From: Eledone cirrhosa
Taxonomy: Eukaryota
Assembly: GCA_964016885.1 (NCBI GenBank)
Contig: OZ024747.1
Span: forward strand, 63,178,001-63,242,000
Length of the DNA stretch: 64,000 nt
Direction of reading: 5' to 3'
The position numbers and the translations under genes are program-made. Shown piece after piece: positions 50,727-63,969 of this stretch. The notes under the pieces are model-generated. The model saw nothing but the letters and a program-made list of their open reading frames with translations. It was not told the origin of the DNA and searched no databases. How positions within the stretch are numbered: the stretch's first letter is position 1; each line of letters begins with the position of its first letter.

Positions 50727-51321
50727 TATAATATAATATATAGGTGCATGATTGTATGTTTCTTTAAGAAGTTTATTTCATAAGTATGTAGTTTCAAGTT
50801 CACTCCCACTGTGTGGAATCTTGGGCAAGTTTTCTTTTTAATTTTTCTATTGCCGAGGATGTGAATGAAGAAATTTCATGAATGGAAACTGAAATGTAGA
50901 AAATTGTCTTGTATGCATGCACGTGTGTGTGTGTGGGTGCAAGTGTGTGTATGTGTGAGTGCATGCATATGTGGGTATGTGTGTGCATGCATGCAGGTGT
51001 ATGTGTATGTGTGTACATACATGTTTGTGTGTATGTGTGTATTTATGTTTACTGTTTGTTTGTGTCTGGTAATTTCATGGTTTATTAAGAGATCATTAAA
51101 ATAAGTCCTCTTATTCACCTCCTCCTCCTCCTTTCCCTGCTTAGCAAGTGTTTGAAAGGGTCTACATAAATGAAACCAGTACTGAAGCAGGGCTACCAAC
51201 TTCCCAGACACAGGCCTAAGAATAGTAAATATAAACAACAATTACAGAATTATATATATATCAAAATTACAAAGTCAACGTTGCAATAACTTAGTTGGAT
51301 ACACTCACTGATGTATAGATA

Positions 51322-51565
51322 TCTTTCTTTATTTGCCACAGGGGCGTACAAAAATGGGACATTACAAGACGTGATGGCGGGGGTTTTACATAAAAATAAC
51401 TTTAACATTAATAAATAACAATAAACTATATATAATAAAATAACAATTGAAATCCCCAGTTAGGGGGAACGTTACTGCGGGGTTGTTTTACACCCCGTGG
51501 ATAGAACAACCCTCAACACCAGGAACACGTTTTGTAGGTGTTCCTGTCTTCCCTCTGTTTATCTT
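51322..51565 (-). mobile_element. Probable non-LTR retrotransposon 3' UTR fragment
   Basis: Minus strand ends GCCCCTGTGGCAAATAAAGAAAGAT (polyA-signal-like); CpG-rich relative to flanks. Confidence 0.45.
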
Positions 51566-51746
51566 GGATTGGCAGTATCGGTAGAGGGTCGGACGCCATG
51601 CTTTGCAGCAAAGAGTTATGGCCCTTTATGGTCTGAGTTCTAATCCTGCCGAGGTTAACTTTGTTGCCTTTCATCCTTACGGGGTCGATAAAATAAAGTA
51701 CCAGTAATGTACTGGGTGATTACTGGCCTTGTGCCAAAAGTAGAAA
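51566..51746 (+). mobile_element. Nin-like SINE, short subfamily
   Basis: Family match. Confidence 0.9.
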
Positions 51747-52084
51747 CACTGATGTATAGATAGCAAATCTGTTACAATGATACTTCAAATAAAATATAAT
51801 ATAGGATGGTTATTAGGTATTGATTATTGATTATTGAGAGCAGCATTAAATTCAGTACATGTAATTCGCTGTATGTTATGCTGTTCCATCTTATCAGCAT
51901 TTATGTAAGAACAGTTTGAACATGATGGACAGATGTGCTATACCATTGCAGCTATATTGATATATGCAATGGGAGCATAATGAAAGGAATAGTATCCTTG
52001 CTACCAAACTGTCATATCTTGTTCTTCTCTCTGACTGACTTATGATGATCATGGCTAGCATACAGAAAACCCACCAAGAGTATC

Positions 52085-52199
52085 ACTACAGCTATTACTA
52101 CTACTACTGATCCTACTACTACTACTACTACTACTACTACTATCACCACCAGCACCACTACTACTACCACCACCAGCACCACTACTACTACCACTACTA

Positions 52200-52265
<66 letters not shown>

Positions 52266-52275
52266 TCACCACCAG

Positions 52276-52360
<85 letters not shown>
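52085..52360. repeat. (CTA)n microsatellite with CCA/GCA interruptions
   Basis: Direct reading; source of the poly-V and poly-S ORFs. Confidence 0.95.
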
Positions 52361-52361
<1 letters not shown>

Positions 52362-52674
52362 AGAATGCTAAGAACAAGAACATATACTTCAAAACCTCTC
52401 ATCTGTCACTCTAGCAACTCTGTCAATCTACTCCTCCTCATCTTAGACTGCTGTGCTTTATCTTCAAAAGGATAAAAGATGAAGTGGATTCCAGTAGGAT
52501 TTCAAATCAGAGTGCATTTTGTTTGATGCTCCAACGACTTTACTAAATGCAATCATCTATTAAAGTATAGTACAAATAACAACCATTACAAAAAGATGGC
52601 AATATTTTTAAAGTATAAAAGGAAATTGTAATTATTTACATAAGCTGGAAAGTGATATAAGTAAGAAAGCTAAA

Positions 52675-52925
52675 CTATGGGCATGTGGTTAGAATGTCTC
52701 AGGAAAGAATTGCTAGACAGATTTTACAGGCAAAACCAACCAGCAAGAAACTCAAGAGTAGACCCTGAGCAAGATGGTTGGATAACATCCATGAGCTTGG
52801 CTGGTCATGCATGGAGATCCAGCCAGATCAATTGGAGACGGTTCCTTCTGACAGGACCCACTGGAAGGAGTGTTTGAGGACTCTGCCCCCATGATCATCT
52901 CGGGAACAAGTGGGTGAATAAGAAA
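52675..52925 (+). mobile_element. RTE-like LINE (family 2) 3' fragment
   Basis: YGHVVRMSQERIARQILQAKPTSKKLKSRP; aligns with 25900-26150. Confidence 0.85.
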
Positions 52926-53297
52926 GCTAAACAATGCAAAATGAATGGCAGTTACCTGGTAATCTTTCTGGGGTTTTTTGTTGTTTCTTTTGAAAGAAAC
53001 AAAGATTACCAGGTAACTAACTCTTTTGTTACCTTCATCTTAATGTCAATTTTGCATTGTTTAGCCTTCTTACATATATCACTTTACACAATATATATTA
53101 TATACAATGCTTCAAACAAACTACAACATTTTAATTATTATTTATATTGAAAATTGATAGGAAATATGAAGTATTGTGAAACATTTAGATAGAGATTTTA
53201 AACCGAAGCTCGAAAGAAACAAATAATAAACATGTTTAAATATTTCAGATTGTCAGTTCCCTTATAAACTAACATTATTCTGAATACAATTCTGAAT

Positions 53298-53730
53298 AGG
53301 GCGGTGGATTGTCAGTATCGGTAGAGGCTCGGACGCCATGCTTTGCAACATAGAGTTACGGCTCTTTATGATCTGAGCTTAAATCCCACCGAGGTTAACT
53401 TTGCTTTTCATCCTTATGGGATCGATTAAAATAAAGTACCAGTCATGCACTGGGGTCGATTTAATCGACTTTCCCCTCCCCCCAAATTACTGACCTTGTG
53501 CCTATATAAGAAACCATTATTCTGAATGCAATTCTGAATAGGGCGGTGGATTGGCAGTATCGGTAGAGGGTCGGACGCCATGCTTTCCAGCATAGTTACG
53601 TCCCTTTATGGTCTGAGTTCAAATCCCACCGAGGTTAACTTTGCCTTTCATCCTTACGGGGTCGATAAAATAAAGTACCAGTAATGTACTGGGTAATTTG
53701 ATGACCTTGTGCCAAAAGTGGAAACATTTA
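53298..53730 (+). mobile_element. Tandem long plus short Nin-like SINEs
   Basis: Full-length heads GGGCGGTGGATTG at 53299 and 53541; TTATTCTGAAT(A/G)CAAT before, between and after. Confidence 0.92.
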
Positions 53731-54199
53731 TTCTGAATACAATGACTGTCAACAAAGATAGTATCTGTTATCCATTTCAGAAATGAATATCTACTCTTGG
53801 ATTATTAAAAGATGTGTTTATGATGATGATATATATATATATTATATATCTTTTATATATTATATATCTTTTCCTGCTATTTCAAGCATTAAACTGATAT
53901 ATTTCTAAACTAATATATTTCTTCAATGTACTGTCCTTTGTTATTTCTGTTTACCTTTTACATATGTGTGTGTTGGGGGGAGATGAAGGATCCCTAGCCA
54001 TTGTCAGGGCATTCTTCTAGAAGGCAACTCAGGAAACTGGGATAAATCTGACATAAAACCTGCGGCTCAGTAGTTACTGATGATGTTGATCTTTTCTTCT
54101 TTTCGAGTTATAGCTACTGTTGCCAGAGAGTGGGGTTGGCTCAGTGCACAGTCTTTCCTCACTTTAAAAAAATCTTCATGCACAGGCATTTCACAATAG

Positions 54200-54365
54200 C
54201 ATTAGGACGCCATACTTTGACGCATAGAGTTACGGCCCTTGCCATTCTGAGTTCAAATCCCGCTGAGGTTAACTTTGCCTTTCATCCTTACGAGGTCGAT
54301 AAAATAAAGTACCAGTAATACACTGGGTAATTGCTGGCCTTGTGCCTAACGTAGAAACAATTAAT
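54200..54365 (+). mobile_element. 5'-truncated Nin-like SINE
   Basis: Family match. Confidence 0.85.
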
Positions 54366-55606
54366 TAGTAAATATTAATAATGTTATATTGTGCAATGGC
54401 CATACTCAATAATGAGGGAGCAGCCATCATCATATATGTATGTATATATGTGTATATATATATATATATTTATCTTTGTTAGGTACATATTATCTATCTA
54501 TTATCCATTCTCTGGAAAATAATGAAATGTATGTATATAAAGCGAGAAAAACAATGAAATAAAATGCATAAGAGAACAAATAAAATTGTAACATAAAAAT
54601 CATGGCTACATATTTATGAGAAGGTATTGCATTTTGTTTCCCATAACAAACTATAAATTTCTTTTTAGCTATTACAAAGTGCAACTGTTTAATATGTCAA
54701 ACAAAAGCCACTTTCAGATATGTCAAGCTTCAAATGGAAAGTTCTTATTTTTTATGCCTTGTTTTATTCCCCTTTCGTTTTATTTTCTCTGCATCAAAGA
54801 GACAATGTAACAGATATGGCCAAATCTATAAAACAATTTACTGACATCTTTCATATACAGTTTTCTTCCTCCTATATATCTTGTAGTATTAATATTGTGT
54901 CTTCCTAATTTTCTTCCCTGCTTTCTTTCACTCTCATAAGATCTAGTTTTAATCAGCAACACTATAATCTAATGGTTTAAATTTTGATTATAATTAGCTA
55001 TAATTTGAAATAGAATTAAATGCTAAACCCACCCCCTCTTTAAATATTTTCATCTAAATGCCTCACTTAATAAAATTCTCTAAACTAATTTTAAGGTTCT
55101 TATAACAATGGAATCATTAGCCCATTGATAACAAGTATTAATGTGGTGTGGTAAATAAATAAATACACACACACACCTAGTCCGAATGCAATGGAACCAA
55201 ACTCCCACTGTCACTGCCTCCGTCTCTCATGTTTTTCCCATCTTTCTCATTCTCTCTCTCTCCCTCTATATATATATATATATATATATACATACATGTA
55301 TTTATATACATTTAGACAGGTTGTTTGGAACATAAACGTTCTTAGATAATGTCTCCCCCTCCACTCTCTCTCTATATATCTTTCTCTCTCTATGTATATA
55401 TGTAGCCTGGAAATATTTAGGAAACATCATTTTTGCATTATTTTTCTGCAGTTATTTAAAATTATATTTTCATATGATATCTATTTTCCTATCAATTCTT
55501 TCTGTTGCATAATATTTCTGTAATATTATGCAATATGCAAAATCAAAATAGCAAGGAAAAAATTTGATGAATGAATTAATGTAGAGCAGTGTAATTAAAA
55601 ATATCA

Positions 55607-55915
55607 CATGACTTTCGGAAACATTTTTTCACATTCAGAGTTGCTGAAACATGGAACAAACTACTTCCATCAGTTGTTTGTTGTCAGGAAACTACATCCT
55701 TCAAAACTTCCATGCTTCCCGAAATTCACCAACACTACACCTGATATTCCCTTCCACACACTCGCATGCGTGTCTGTGTGTGTCTGTGTATATATCATAA
55801 CTCATACATTGTTCACTTTCCTGACGTTTGTACATTATTGTATGTGTGCTACATGCACCTTTCATTAATTGTAGTGCACCTGAGCACTGTACACAATAAT
55901 TGTCATTATTATTAT
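55607..55915 (+). mobile_element. CR1/L2-clade LINE ORF2 C-terminus and 3' UTR
   Basis: 55607-55744 = HDFRKHFFTFRVAETWNKLLPSVVCCQETTSFKTSMLPEIHQHYT* (FF..RV...WN.LP..V motif); (ATT)n tail. Confidence 0.85.
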
Positions 55916-56454
55916 ATATCAACTAATTCTAGATCTTATAACTGCTCTGTATAGTCACTCATTATCCATATATACTAGACTTTACAGTTCTTAACCATTC
56001 AAAATAATTACGCATAAACCATATATATTATTTCCTGCGTATTTATTGTTATTTTACATCCAAAGTCTACTTGCTATCTTTACATTTTGTATACTGTCCT
56101 TTCAAAATTAAAATATTAGGTGTCAACAAGTTTGGGGTGGGTGAGAGATGTCTTCTCTTGTGAAAAAACAAGCAGTTTTGTATCATAGAATCAAGGGCAG
56201 ATTCAAACAGTTTAGTATTAAAAGGTGTTAACATGAAGCAGCTGAAGTTTAAAAACACATAATATACATTAAACTTCACAGCATATAATGTGATCCATTC
56301 TTTATGTAAACATACTTAGTTCCATTTCAAATATTCTTTTCATGCCATTATCTATTATAAAGTGCATAATCTTTGAATCAGAGAATGAAAAGAATCTATG
56401 AAAATTTGCAATATTGAGAATCCAAGACCTATTCATATATTTAGAATTGAACAA

Positions 56455-56805
56455 TTTCAGGTTGAATAGATAAGTCACACATTAAGTTTATGTACAACAG
56501 TTACATTGTACCAAAAGACACATCTTATTTTACATAGAACATTTACAATGTACCATATATTTTGAATTAAGGTTTTGCAGGTCCAGTAGATATGTCACAC
56601 TTCCAATTTACATAGAACATCTACAATGTACTATATATTTTACATTGAGGTTTTATAGTCTACCACATATTTTTAATTGAGGGTTTTTGTCTATCCTATA
56701 TCTTTCATGGAGATTTTGTAGGTCTTGTAGATAAGTCGCCTGCAAGTTTTTCACATGTATTTTCAAGAAAAAACATGCAACTTATACTAATGTATAAATG
56801 GTAAG
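56455..56805. mobile_element. Degenerate DNA-transposon fragment with internal repeats and a pogo-like end
   Basis: GGTCCAGTAGATA.GTCAC and TTACATAGAACAT.TACAATGTAC repeated; ends GCAACTTATACTAATGTATAAATGG|TA; relative at 61520-61645. Confidence 0.45.
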
Positions 56806-57424
56806 TTTTAACTGTAAACAATTTGGAAGGTAAATGTATGGTATTTTTTAAATTCTAAATCTCATACACACATATTTACAAAGAACTAAGTTGTTGGGTG
56901 AATATTATATTTTGGATTTTAAGAAAACTTTCTGCAAAACCTACAGGCAGTAAATTTTCTTTAAAAAAATCCACGAAAAGTGATTTAATGTAAAAGATGG
57001 TTACTTAAAAATATTTTATCAGAATAAACATAAAACATACTTGTCATTATTTTTATAGTTCTAATGTAAATAATTTCCAAAGTTTAACTTTAAGTTGTCT
57101 GAGTATATATGTTTGAAGAATTTTGCTAATAGATTCTTTAGAATCTTTGGAAGAATAGAATATTGAAAACACACAATGGATTAAATATTCCGATCTCCGT
57201 TTTTTGTTGTTTTTGTTACAGTTCTGTATTTTCATTTCCATATTTACTTGTTTATCTCGAAACAAATACTAGAAGTAAAAAATAAAAGATTGCCAGTAAC
57301 TATTTCATGATTCACTATTTCTCAGAGTTCCTAAAATTGTTTCAAACTTACAAAGAAAAAAGAATTGAGCTGCAAGGACATGTTTTTTATACATGAGAAA
57401 AGCTCTTTAGATTTTTATTTATTA

Positions 57425-57840
57425 TGTCTATGGCACAAGGCCAACAATTTTAGGGGAGGGGAAAGTCAATTAACCCTTTAGCATTTACATTACTCTATAT
57501 TTACTATTATATTTTCATGGTACAGGCTCTACCTCATAATTATCTCACATAATATCGAATCTATGTGATTTTGATATTATTTATTTTGAAAACAATACCT
57601 TAACATCAGTATGAGTTGCTAGTTACAGATGGCTTGAACAGGAGGAGGTGAGAGAATTTTTGCCAGATACTGCTGGTTTAAATGCTAAAGGGTTAAATCG
57701 ACCCCAGTGCATTACCAGTGTTTTATTTCATCAACCCCGTAAGGATAGAAAGCAAAGCTCATCTTGACAGGATTTGAACTCAGAACATAAAGGGCCGTAA
57801 TTCTATGCTATGCCATGAAGCATGTTATCCAACGCTTTGC
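57425..57840 (-). mobile_element. Long Nin-like SINE interrupted by a piggyBac-type MITE at 57474-57692
   Basis: The MITE sits in the SINE's GTC(G/A)ATTAAATCGAC site with TTAA duplicated. Confidence 0.9.
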
Positions 57841-58221
57841 TAATAATAATATATTTACTTGTTTTCATAGAAAAATGGGAAAACTTAGTGCAAGGAAGCT
57901 GTTAAAACAGCAAAATGCTGTCATTGATGGCGTTTGGTAACATTTTTACCTCAAAGGATAGAAATCAGTGGCTAGAAATGGGTTGACTCGAAGAAGTGAT
58001 ATTAGTAGTCTTTCATCATCATCATCATCATCGTTTGACGTCCATTTTCCATGCTAGCATAGGTTAGACGGGTCATCCTATTTGATGCAAGTTGGGTCAG
58101 GTGACCAGGTCTTACTCATATAGGACTATTTCTGGCTATGTTTCTATGGCTGGATGCCATTCTTAATGACAACCACATTTACAGTGTGGGCTGGGAGCTT
58201 TTTGTCATGACACCTACATGA

Positions 58222-58575
58222 TCACTAGTATAATATATTTATTAGTATGCTTATATTAGTACTTCCTAGTATACCTTTACTAGTATGTTTATATTATTAC
58301 TTTCTAATATAATATATTTACTACTATGTTTAGTAGTTTCTAGAATAATGTATTTACTAGTAAGTTTATATTAGTAGTTTCTAGTATAATATATTTACTA
58401 GTATGTTTGTAATAGTAGTTTCTACTATAATATGTTTACTAGTATCTTTATATTAGTAGGTACTAGTATGTCTTTACTAGTATGTATTTAAATGCTTATA
58501 TCTGCCATGGCTAGTATCATATTTTTACTAGTATGTAATGATATATTTATATTAGTAGCTACTATTATAATATCT
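58222..58575. repeat. Degenerate AT-rich tandem repeat (~40-bp, TACTAGTA-rich)
   Basis: TTTACTAGTATGTTTATATTAGTAGTTTCTAGTATAATATA-like units. Confidence 0.75.
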
Positions 58576-58984
58576 TTGAAAAATGGGTAAAGTCTGTCTC
58601 AAACATAGTCATCAGATCGAAGCTTCTCCCAGTTTCATTCAACTAAGAGTACATGACAGTCTTCTGGAGGGGAAAGTCAATTAACACTTTAGCAGTTACA
58701 TTACTCTATATTTACTGTTATATTTTCATGGTAAAGACTCTACCTCATAATTATCTCACATAATATCGAATCTATGTGATTTTGATATTATTTATTTTGA
58801 TGGGACACCAGCCCATTACAAGATTAACTCCCCAGCTGTTGGTATTACTCTTTTTCAGCTGAGCTAACTGGAGTAATGTGTAATGGATTGGTGCTTTATT
58901 TATTGACCCCAAAAGGATAAAAGTCAAAGTTGATCCCAACAGGATTTGAACTCAGATGTGGTTGATAGCTTCTGATACCTAGGT

Positions 58985-59531
58985 GATCAGATTAGCAAGG
59001 GAGGAGGGTGCCCCGAGGCTATAGTATCTACAATAAGGACGGGCTGGAAGAAGTTTAGGGAGCTGCTTCCTCTGTTGACTACGAAGGGATTTTCCCTATG
59101 AAGAAAAGGCATGATGCTGCATGGTAGTGAGACATGGGCAGAAACTGTGGAAGATATGCAATGGTTGGAGAGAAATGAAGCAAGCATGCTCCGATTGATG
59201 TGCAATGTCAATGTGCGTGAACGACCAAGCATAGACGAGTTGAGGGAGAAACTGTGTATAAGAGGGATAAACTGTAGTGTGCGGGAGAGAAGACTGCGCT
59301 GGTATGGATATGTGACCACTGGGTAAAGAAATGCCAAGAAATCCTTGTGGAAAGAAGATGAAGTAGAAGACCACGAAAATCATGGGCGGAGGTGGTGAGA
59401 GCAGCCCACAGATCGCTGAAACTCACAGAGGAGATGACGAAGGACCGTAATGAATGGTGAGAGGCTGTGCTGAAAAGGACCCATCCTACCCTTGCAATCA
59501 GGTAAAAGCAGACGTAAAATGATGATGATGA
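58985..59531 (+). mobile_element. RTE (BovB-like, family 1) LINE 3' fragment, pseudogenised
   Basis: DQISKGGGCPEAIVSTIRTGWKKFRELLPLLTTKGFSL*RKG..MMLHGSETW...ERNEASMLRLMC...RRLRWYGYV; (GAT)n tail. Confidence 0.92.
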
Positions 59532-60171
59532 TATATATATATATATATATATATAAATTTATCTAAATAAATTATTCTGGATGTCTGCACTCTCAGTTCA
59601 AATTACACTGAGGCCAACTTTACCCTTTATCTTTTGAAAGTCAACAAAGTACTAATCTAGTATTGGGGACAATTCTTCCTGAATATTTCTTTCTTATTAT
59701 CTCTCTGTTACATTGTATCCTTAAGCAATACACTTTATTTCATGTTGCTACAGTCCACTCAACTAGCAAAAATATGTTTTACCTGTAATTCAAGGAGATA
59801 GCCCTGTCATAAATTGTGTCATGCTGAATCTTCCTGAGCATAATAATGAGGGTGCATGTGTGTGTGGAATGCTCAGTCACTTACAAATTATTTTCATGAA
59901 CAGGCAGTTCTATTGATTGAATCAATTCCACCACTTGACATCGGAAACAACGGAATTCAAACAACAGTATTGTAGAAAACAATTCTGCAGCATTTGTATT
60001 TTTTGATTTACTTCAATAATGAAATGACTTTTAAAAATATTTCTGCTGAGTCTTTCAGTTCCTTTATCCACAAATAACAAAATGTAAAAATAAATTAAAT
60101 GAAAAATGAAAAATATAGTATAGAAATGTCATTGTATGAAAAATAACCACAAAGAAATTATTTCTTCTTCA

Positions 60172-60285
60172 ACCAACACAACAGCAACAACAACAACAAC
60201 AACTACAGGAGCAACAACCACCATAACAACCACTATAACAACCACAACCACAACAAGACCAATAGCAATAACAACAAGCACAACA
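60172..60285. repeat. Degenerate (ACA)n microsatellite
   Basis: Direct reading. Confidence 0.85.
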
Positions 60286-60630
60286 GGAAAAAAAAAAATA
60301 TTATTTTTGAATAAGAAAAATCAACAAACTGTAATATTTGTTATGAAATGGTATTGATCATTGCTATTGATTTCTAGCCTAGAAACTGTTAGATTGTTTA
60401 TCCCCCACCCTACTCAAATGACTTTTAAGAAGAATGTCTCAATGAAAAGATAGTTTCCAATTCTGTGAATATTGTACTTCTGCCATAACCTCACACAGAA
60501 TGCTAGTGAAACATTGCACAATATTGCAATATAATGAATCTAAAGAATCCAATGATTATAACAACACCAGAATGTAATTTGTTATAAAAGAGCATTTGTC
60601 ATAATTAAATGATAAAAATAATAATGAAAA

Positions 60631-61043
60631 TTATTGTGTACAGTGTTCAGGTGCACTACAATTCATCAAAGGTGCATCTATAGTACATGGAATAATGTAC
60701 AAATGTCTGGAAAGTGAACAGTGTATGAGTCGTGCTACACACACACATATATAATATAATAAAAATGATTGTGCATAGTACTCAAGTGCACTACGACTCA
60801 TCAAAGGTGCATGTATAGTACATAAAATGAGGTACAAATGTCAGGAAACAGTGTATGAGTCATGATATATAAAGACACACACACATGCATGCATGTGTAT
60901 GGAGGGGGAATATTAGGTGTAGTGTTGGCAAATTTCAGGAAGCATGGAAGTTTTGAATGTTGCAGTGTCCCGACAGCTAACAACTGATGCAGGTTGTTTG
61001 ATCCATGCTTCAGCAACTCTGAGCATGTAAAAATGTTTCCGAA
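60631..61043 (-). mobile_element. CR1/L2-clade LINE 3' end with a duplicated tail
   Basis: 60768-61043 is the reverse complement of 55612-55895; a second tail copy lies at 60631-60745. Confidence 0.85.
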
Positions 61044-62842
61044 ATATACAGCACATGTTTATGTAGATTTAGTTGGCATCTTTTGAGATTATATTCCTTA
61101 AGAAGTTTTTCTGGTGTTTCAACGATAGAGGACCCAGTCTTATCTTGATAATCAATGTGAAATGAAGTGTTTTTCTCTAAAATACCACCCGCCGTCCAAT
61201 CCAGGTATCAAACTAAGGATCTTGAGATTATGAGTCCAACACTCTCACCACTAAAAATCTTTATACTGAATTTTCAGAATATTGTGTGTTTATGTGCAGT
61301 GCATGTGTATTTTTATGTGTGATGTGTTTGTCTGTTTCTGTGTATGTAACAAAACTCTTCACTAAAAGATGCTAGTTTAATTTAATATTTTATTTTCTAT
61401 TAAATAGATTTGTATAACATTTTTTCATGGTGTGATGTACAGATGTATATAGAGATAGAGTGATAACAGCATATAGCAGACTTCTAGCTAGCCTTCACCT
61501 TCTAGCTACTCAAATATATAGTACATTTACAATGTACTATATATTTTTAATTGAGGTTTTGTAGGTCCAGTAGATAAATCATATGCTAGATTTTATATAC
61601 TTTGTGAACATTGGGGTATCATTTGTATCTGAATATATATGGTATCATTGGCATTTGGGCTGAGGTGTTAAGTGGTGTATTTAATGCCCTGCCTGCTCTT
61701 TGCAAGTTGAAATCTTATCAATGTCAACTTTGCCTTTCATCCTCTCACTGTTGATAAAGCATCGATCTAAAATGGTGGTTTAGTGGAATTGTTAGTGTTG
61801 AATGAAATGTTTTGCAGTGTTTTCTATGGTTCTTTATATTTTGTTAACATGCTGCTGTGAACTTTGAGAGAGGAAGATTTAATTTCTTGCCCAGTCTAAC
61901 ATAACATCCTAGTCATTAGTCACCTTTAGCAGGCATTTAGACAAAGTTTCCAGGTTGAGAGTCACTTCCACAGTCCCTCTTTCACACCAGTCTCAGAGAC
62001 CTCTTGAAAGTGTCATGGGCATTGCTCAGATTCTATAGCTGGATACTCTTCCTCATGCCAGCACCTTTACAGTGTGTACAAGGTGTAATTTATTGTGACA
62101 CTAGCATTAGGGAAGTTGACATATTCTTGACACAACTGATGAATTCTTTCAACCCTTTGTTTCCTATGGTTTTTAGAGCTCTTTCTTCCTTATGCCAAAC
62201 AATTTGCAGTGTACTTGATGCATTTTATCATGGTGCCAGCACTGAGGCTGCCATGCATATATATATATAAAAAGAATAAAACACTTATGTGAAGAGATTT
62301 TACAACTGGATAAACAATGTATGCCCTGATTTTGACAAACCACACCTTCTGGTGATACAGCCAGTTAATCGCCAAGACATTTAGCAATCAGTCCGGAACT
62401 AGCTGTTGAAATGGCAAGAGCTCAGTTGTTGGCAGCCCGGCTCTTTATAATATATGTGTGTATTTCTATTAATATAAACATTTCACCTTATACTTAAAAA
62501 CCATAGAAAGACAATAGGATTCTCGATTTATCATAAATCTGATTGGTGACTTAGAAAAACTTCAAAGACCTAACACAGACTTGATGTCTTTACACTAGAA
62601 ATATATATGATTCATTTCTAACTATAAAATTGACGTAGCCCTGAAGTTTAAAATCAGAAAATGTAACATATAATTATATAACAGATGTCAGATTATTCAC
62701 AAAAATGAATTTCAAAATATTTGTTTCCAAATGCAGTTGGAAATTTACTTCTCAAATGATAATTTCAAAGATCTCATTGTAACAGCTTTAATTGCATATA
62801 AATCTATTAAATTTATCATTCAAGATATTGATGATCTATCAT

Positions 62843-63005
62843 CTGGATTGGCAGTATCGGTAGAGGGTCGGAGGCCATGCTTTCCAGCATAGAGTTATGG
62901 CCCGTCGAGGTTAACTTTGCCTTTCATCCTTACGGGGTCGATAAAATAAAGTACTAGTAATGCACTGGGTTAATTGCTGCTTTGTGCCAAATGTAGAAAT
63001 AATTA
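62843..63005 (+). mobile_element. Nin-like SINE lacking its B-box segment
   Basis: GGCCCGTCGAGGTTAAC junction deletes about 25 nt including GTTCAAATCC. Confidence 0.85.
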
Positions 63006-63109
63006 TTTTATGTTTGTTTTTCTATTGTATTATGGTTTGGATGAATTTTTCCAGCATAGCCTCTGTCTACTTATTGAATATCTTCTACCTCTTATCTGTA
63101 AGTTTCTGT

Positions 63110-63500
63110 ATTTTGGGATCAGTTCTCTCAGCATCATCTGTACTGGTCTCCTTCAGATTTCCTTCTATTGTATCATATGTTTACTAGTATGTAATGATAT
63201 ATTTATATTAGTAGCTACTATTATAATATCTTTGAAAAATGGGTAAAGTCTGTCTCATTCCATTGGGGTTACATTTTGAGATCAGCTCTTTCAACATCTG
63301 TACTGGTTTCCTTCAGTTTTCCTTTATTGTAACTGCTTTCCATTAAGATTACATTTTGAGATAAGTTCTCTCAATATCTGTACTGGCCTCCTTTAGCTTT
63401 TGTAACTACATTCTATTAAGGTTACATTTTGAGATCAACTCTCTCAAAATCCGTACTGACCTCCTAAAATTTTCTTCTATTGTAACTGCATTCTATTGTG
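63110..63500. repeat. Degenerate ~70-80-bp tandem repeat, about 4 units
   Basis: TTACATTTTGAGATCA..TCTCTCAA.ATCTGTACTGG..TCCT units. Confidence 0.8.
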
Positions 63501-63522
63501 ATGGTATTTCCCTATGCAAAGA

Positions 63523-63770
63523 TCATCATCATCCATACATATGGCATGACCAAACCTGTGCAGTCTTCTTTCATCTTCTACATCTAATTCAACTCATGCC
63601 CATATTTTCTCTTAGCTCCATTAGAGCATGCTTGATTCATTTCTGCCCACCCTTCACAGATCCTCTCTATTCACTGCTTATATCTTACTACCAAACAACA
63701 TCACATATTATATACAGATACCTTACAATCTACATTTCACCCAGAGATTCTCTTTGTTGACAACAAACTG
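63523..63770 (-). mobile_element. Old RTE LINE fragment
   Basis: GAGCATGCTTGATTCATTTCT and CATGACCAAACC...GCAGTCTTCT are reverse-complement matches to 59170-59315. Confidence 0.6.
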
Positions 63771-63969
63771 AATTGCAAAATATTTGCTTCCAAATTCAAT
63801 GAGAAATGTACTTCTCAAATTAATAATTTAGATATATTTTGAATAAGTCATAAACACATTAAATTCATCAGTAAATGAATATTGATGATAAATCAATATA
63901 TACATAATAGATAGTTTATGAAGTTCAATAATTATACTTCTCTCTCTCTCTCTACACACACACACAAAC

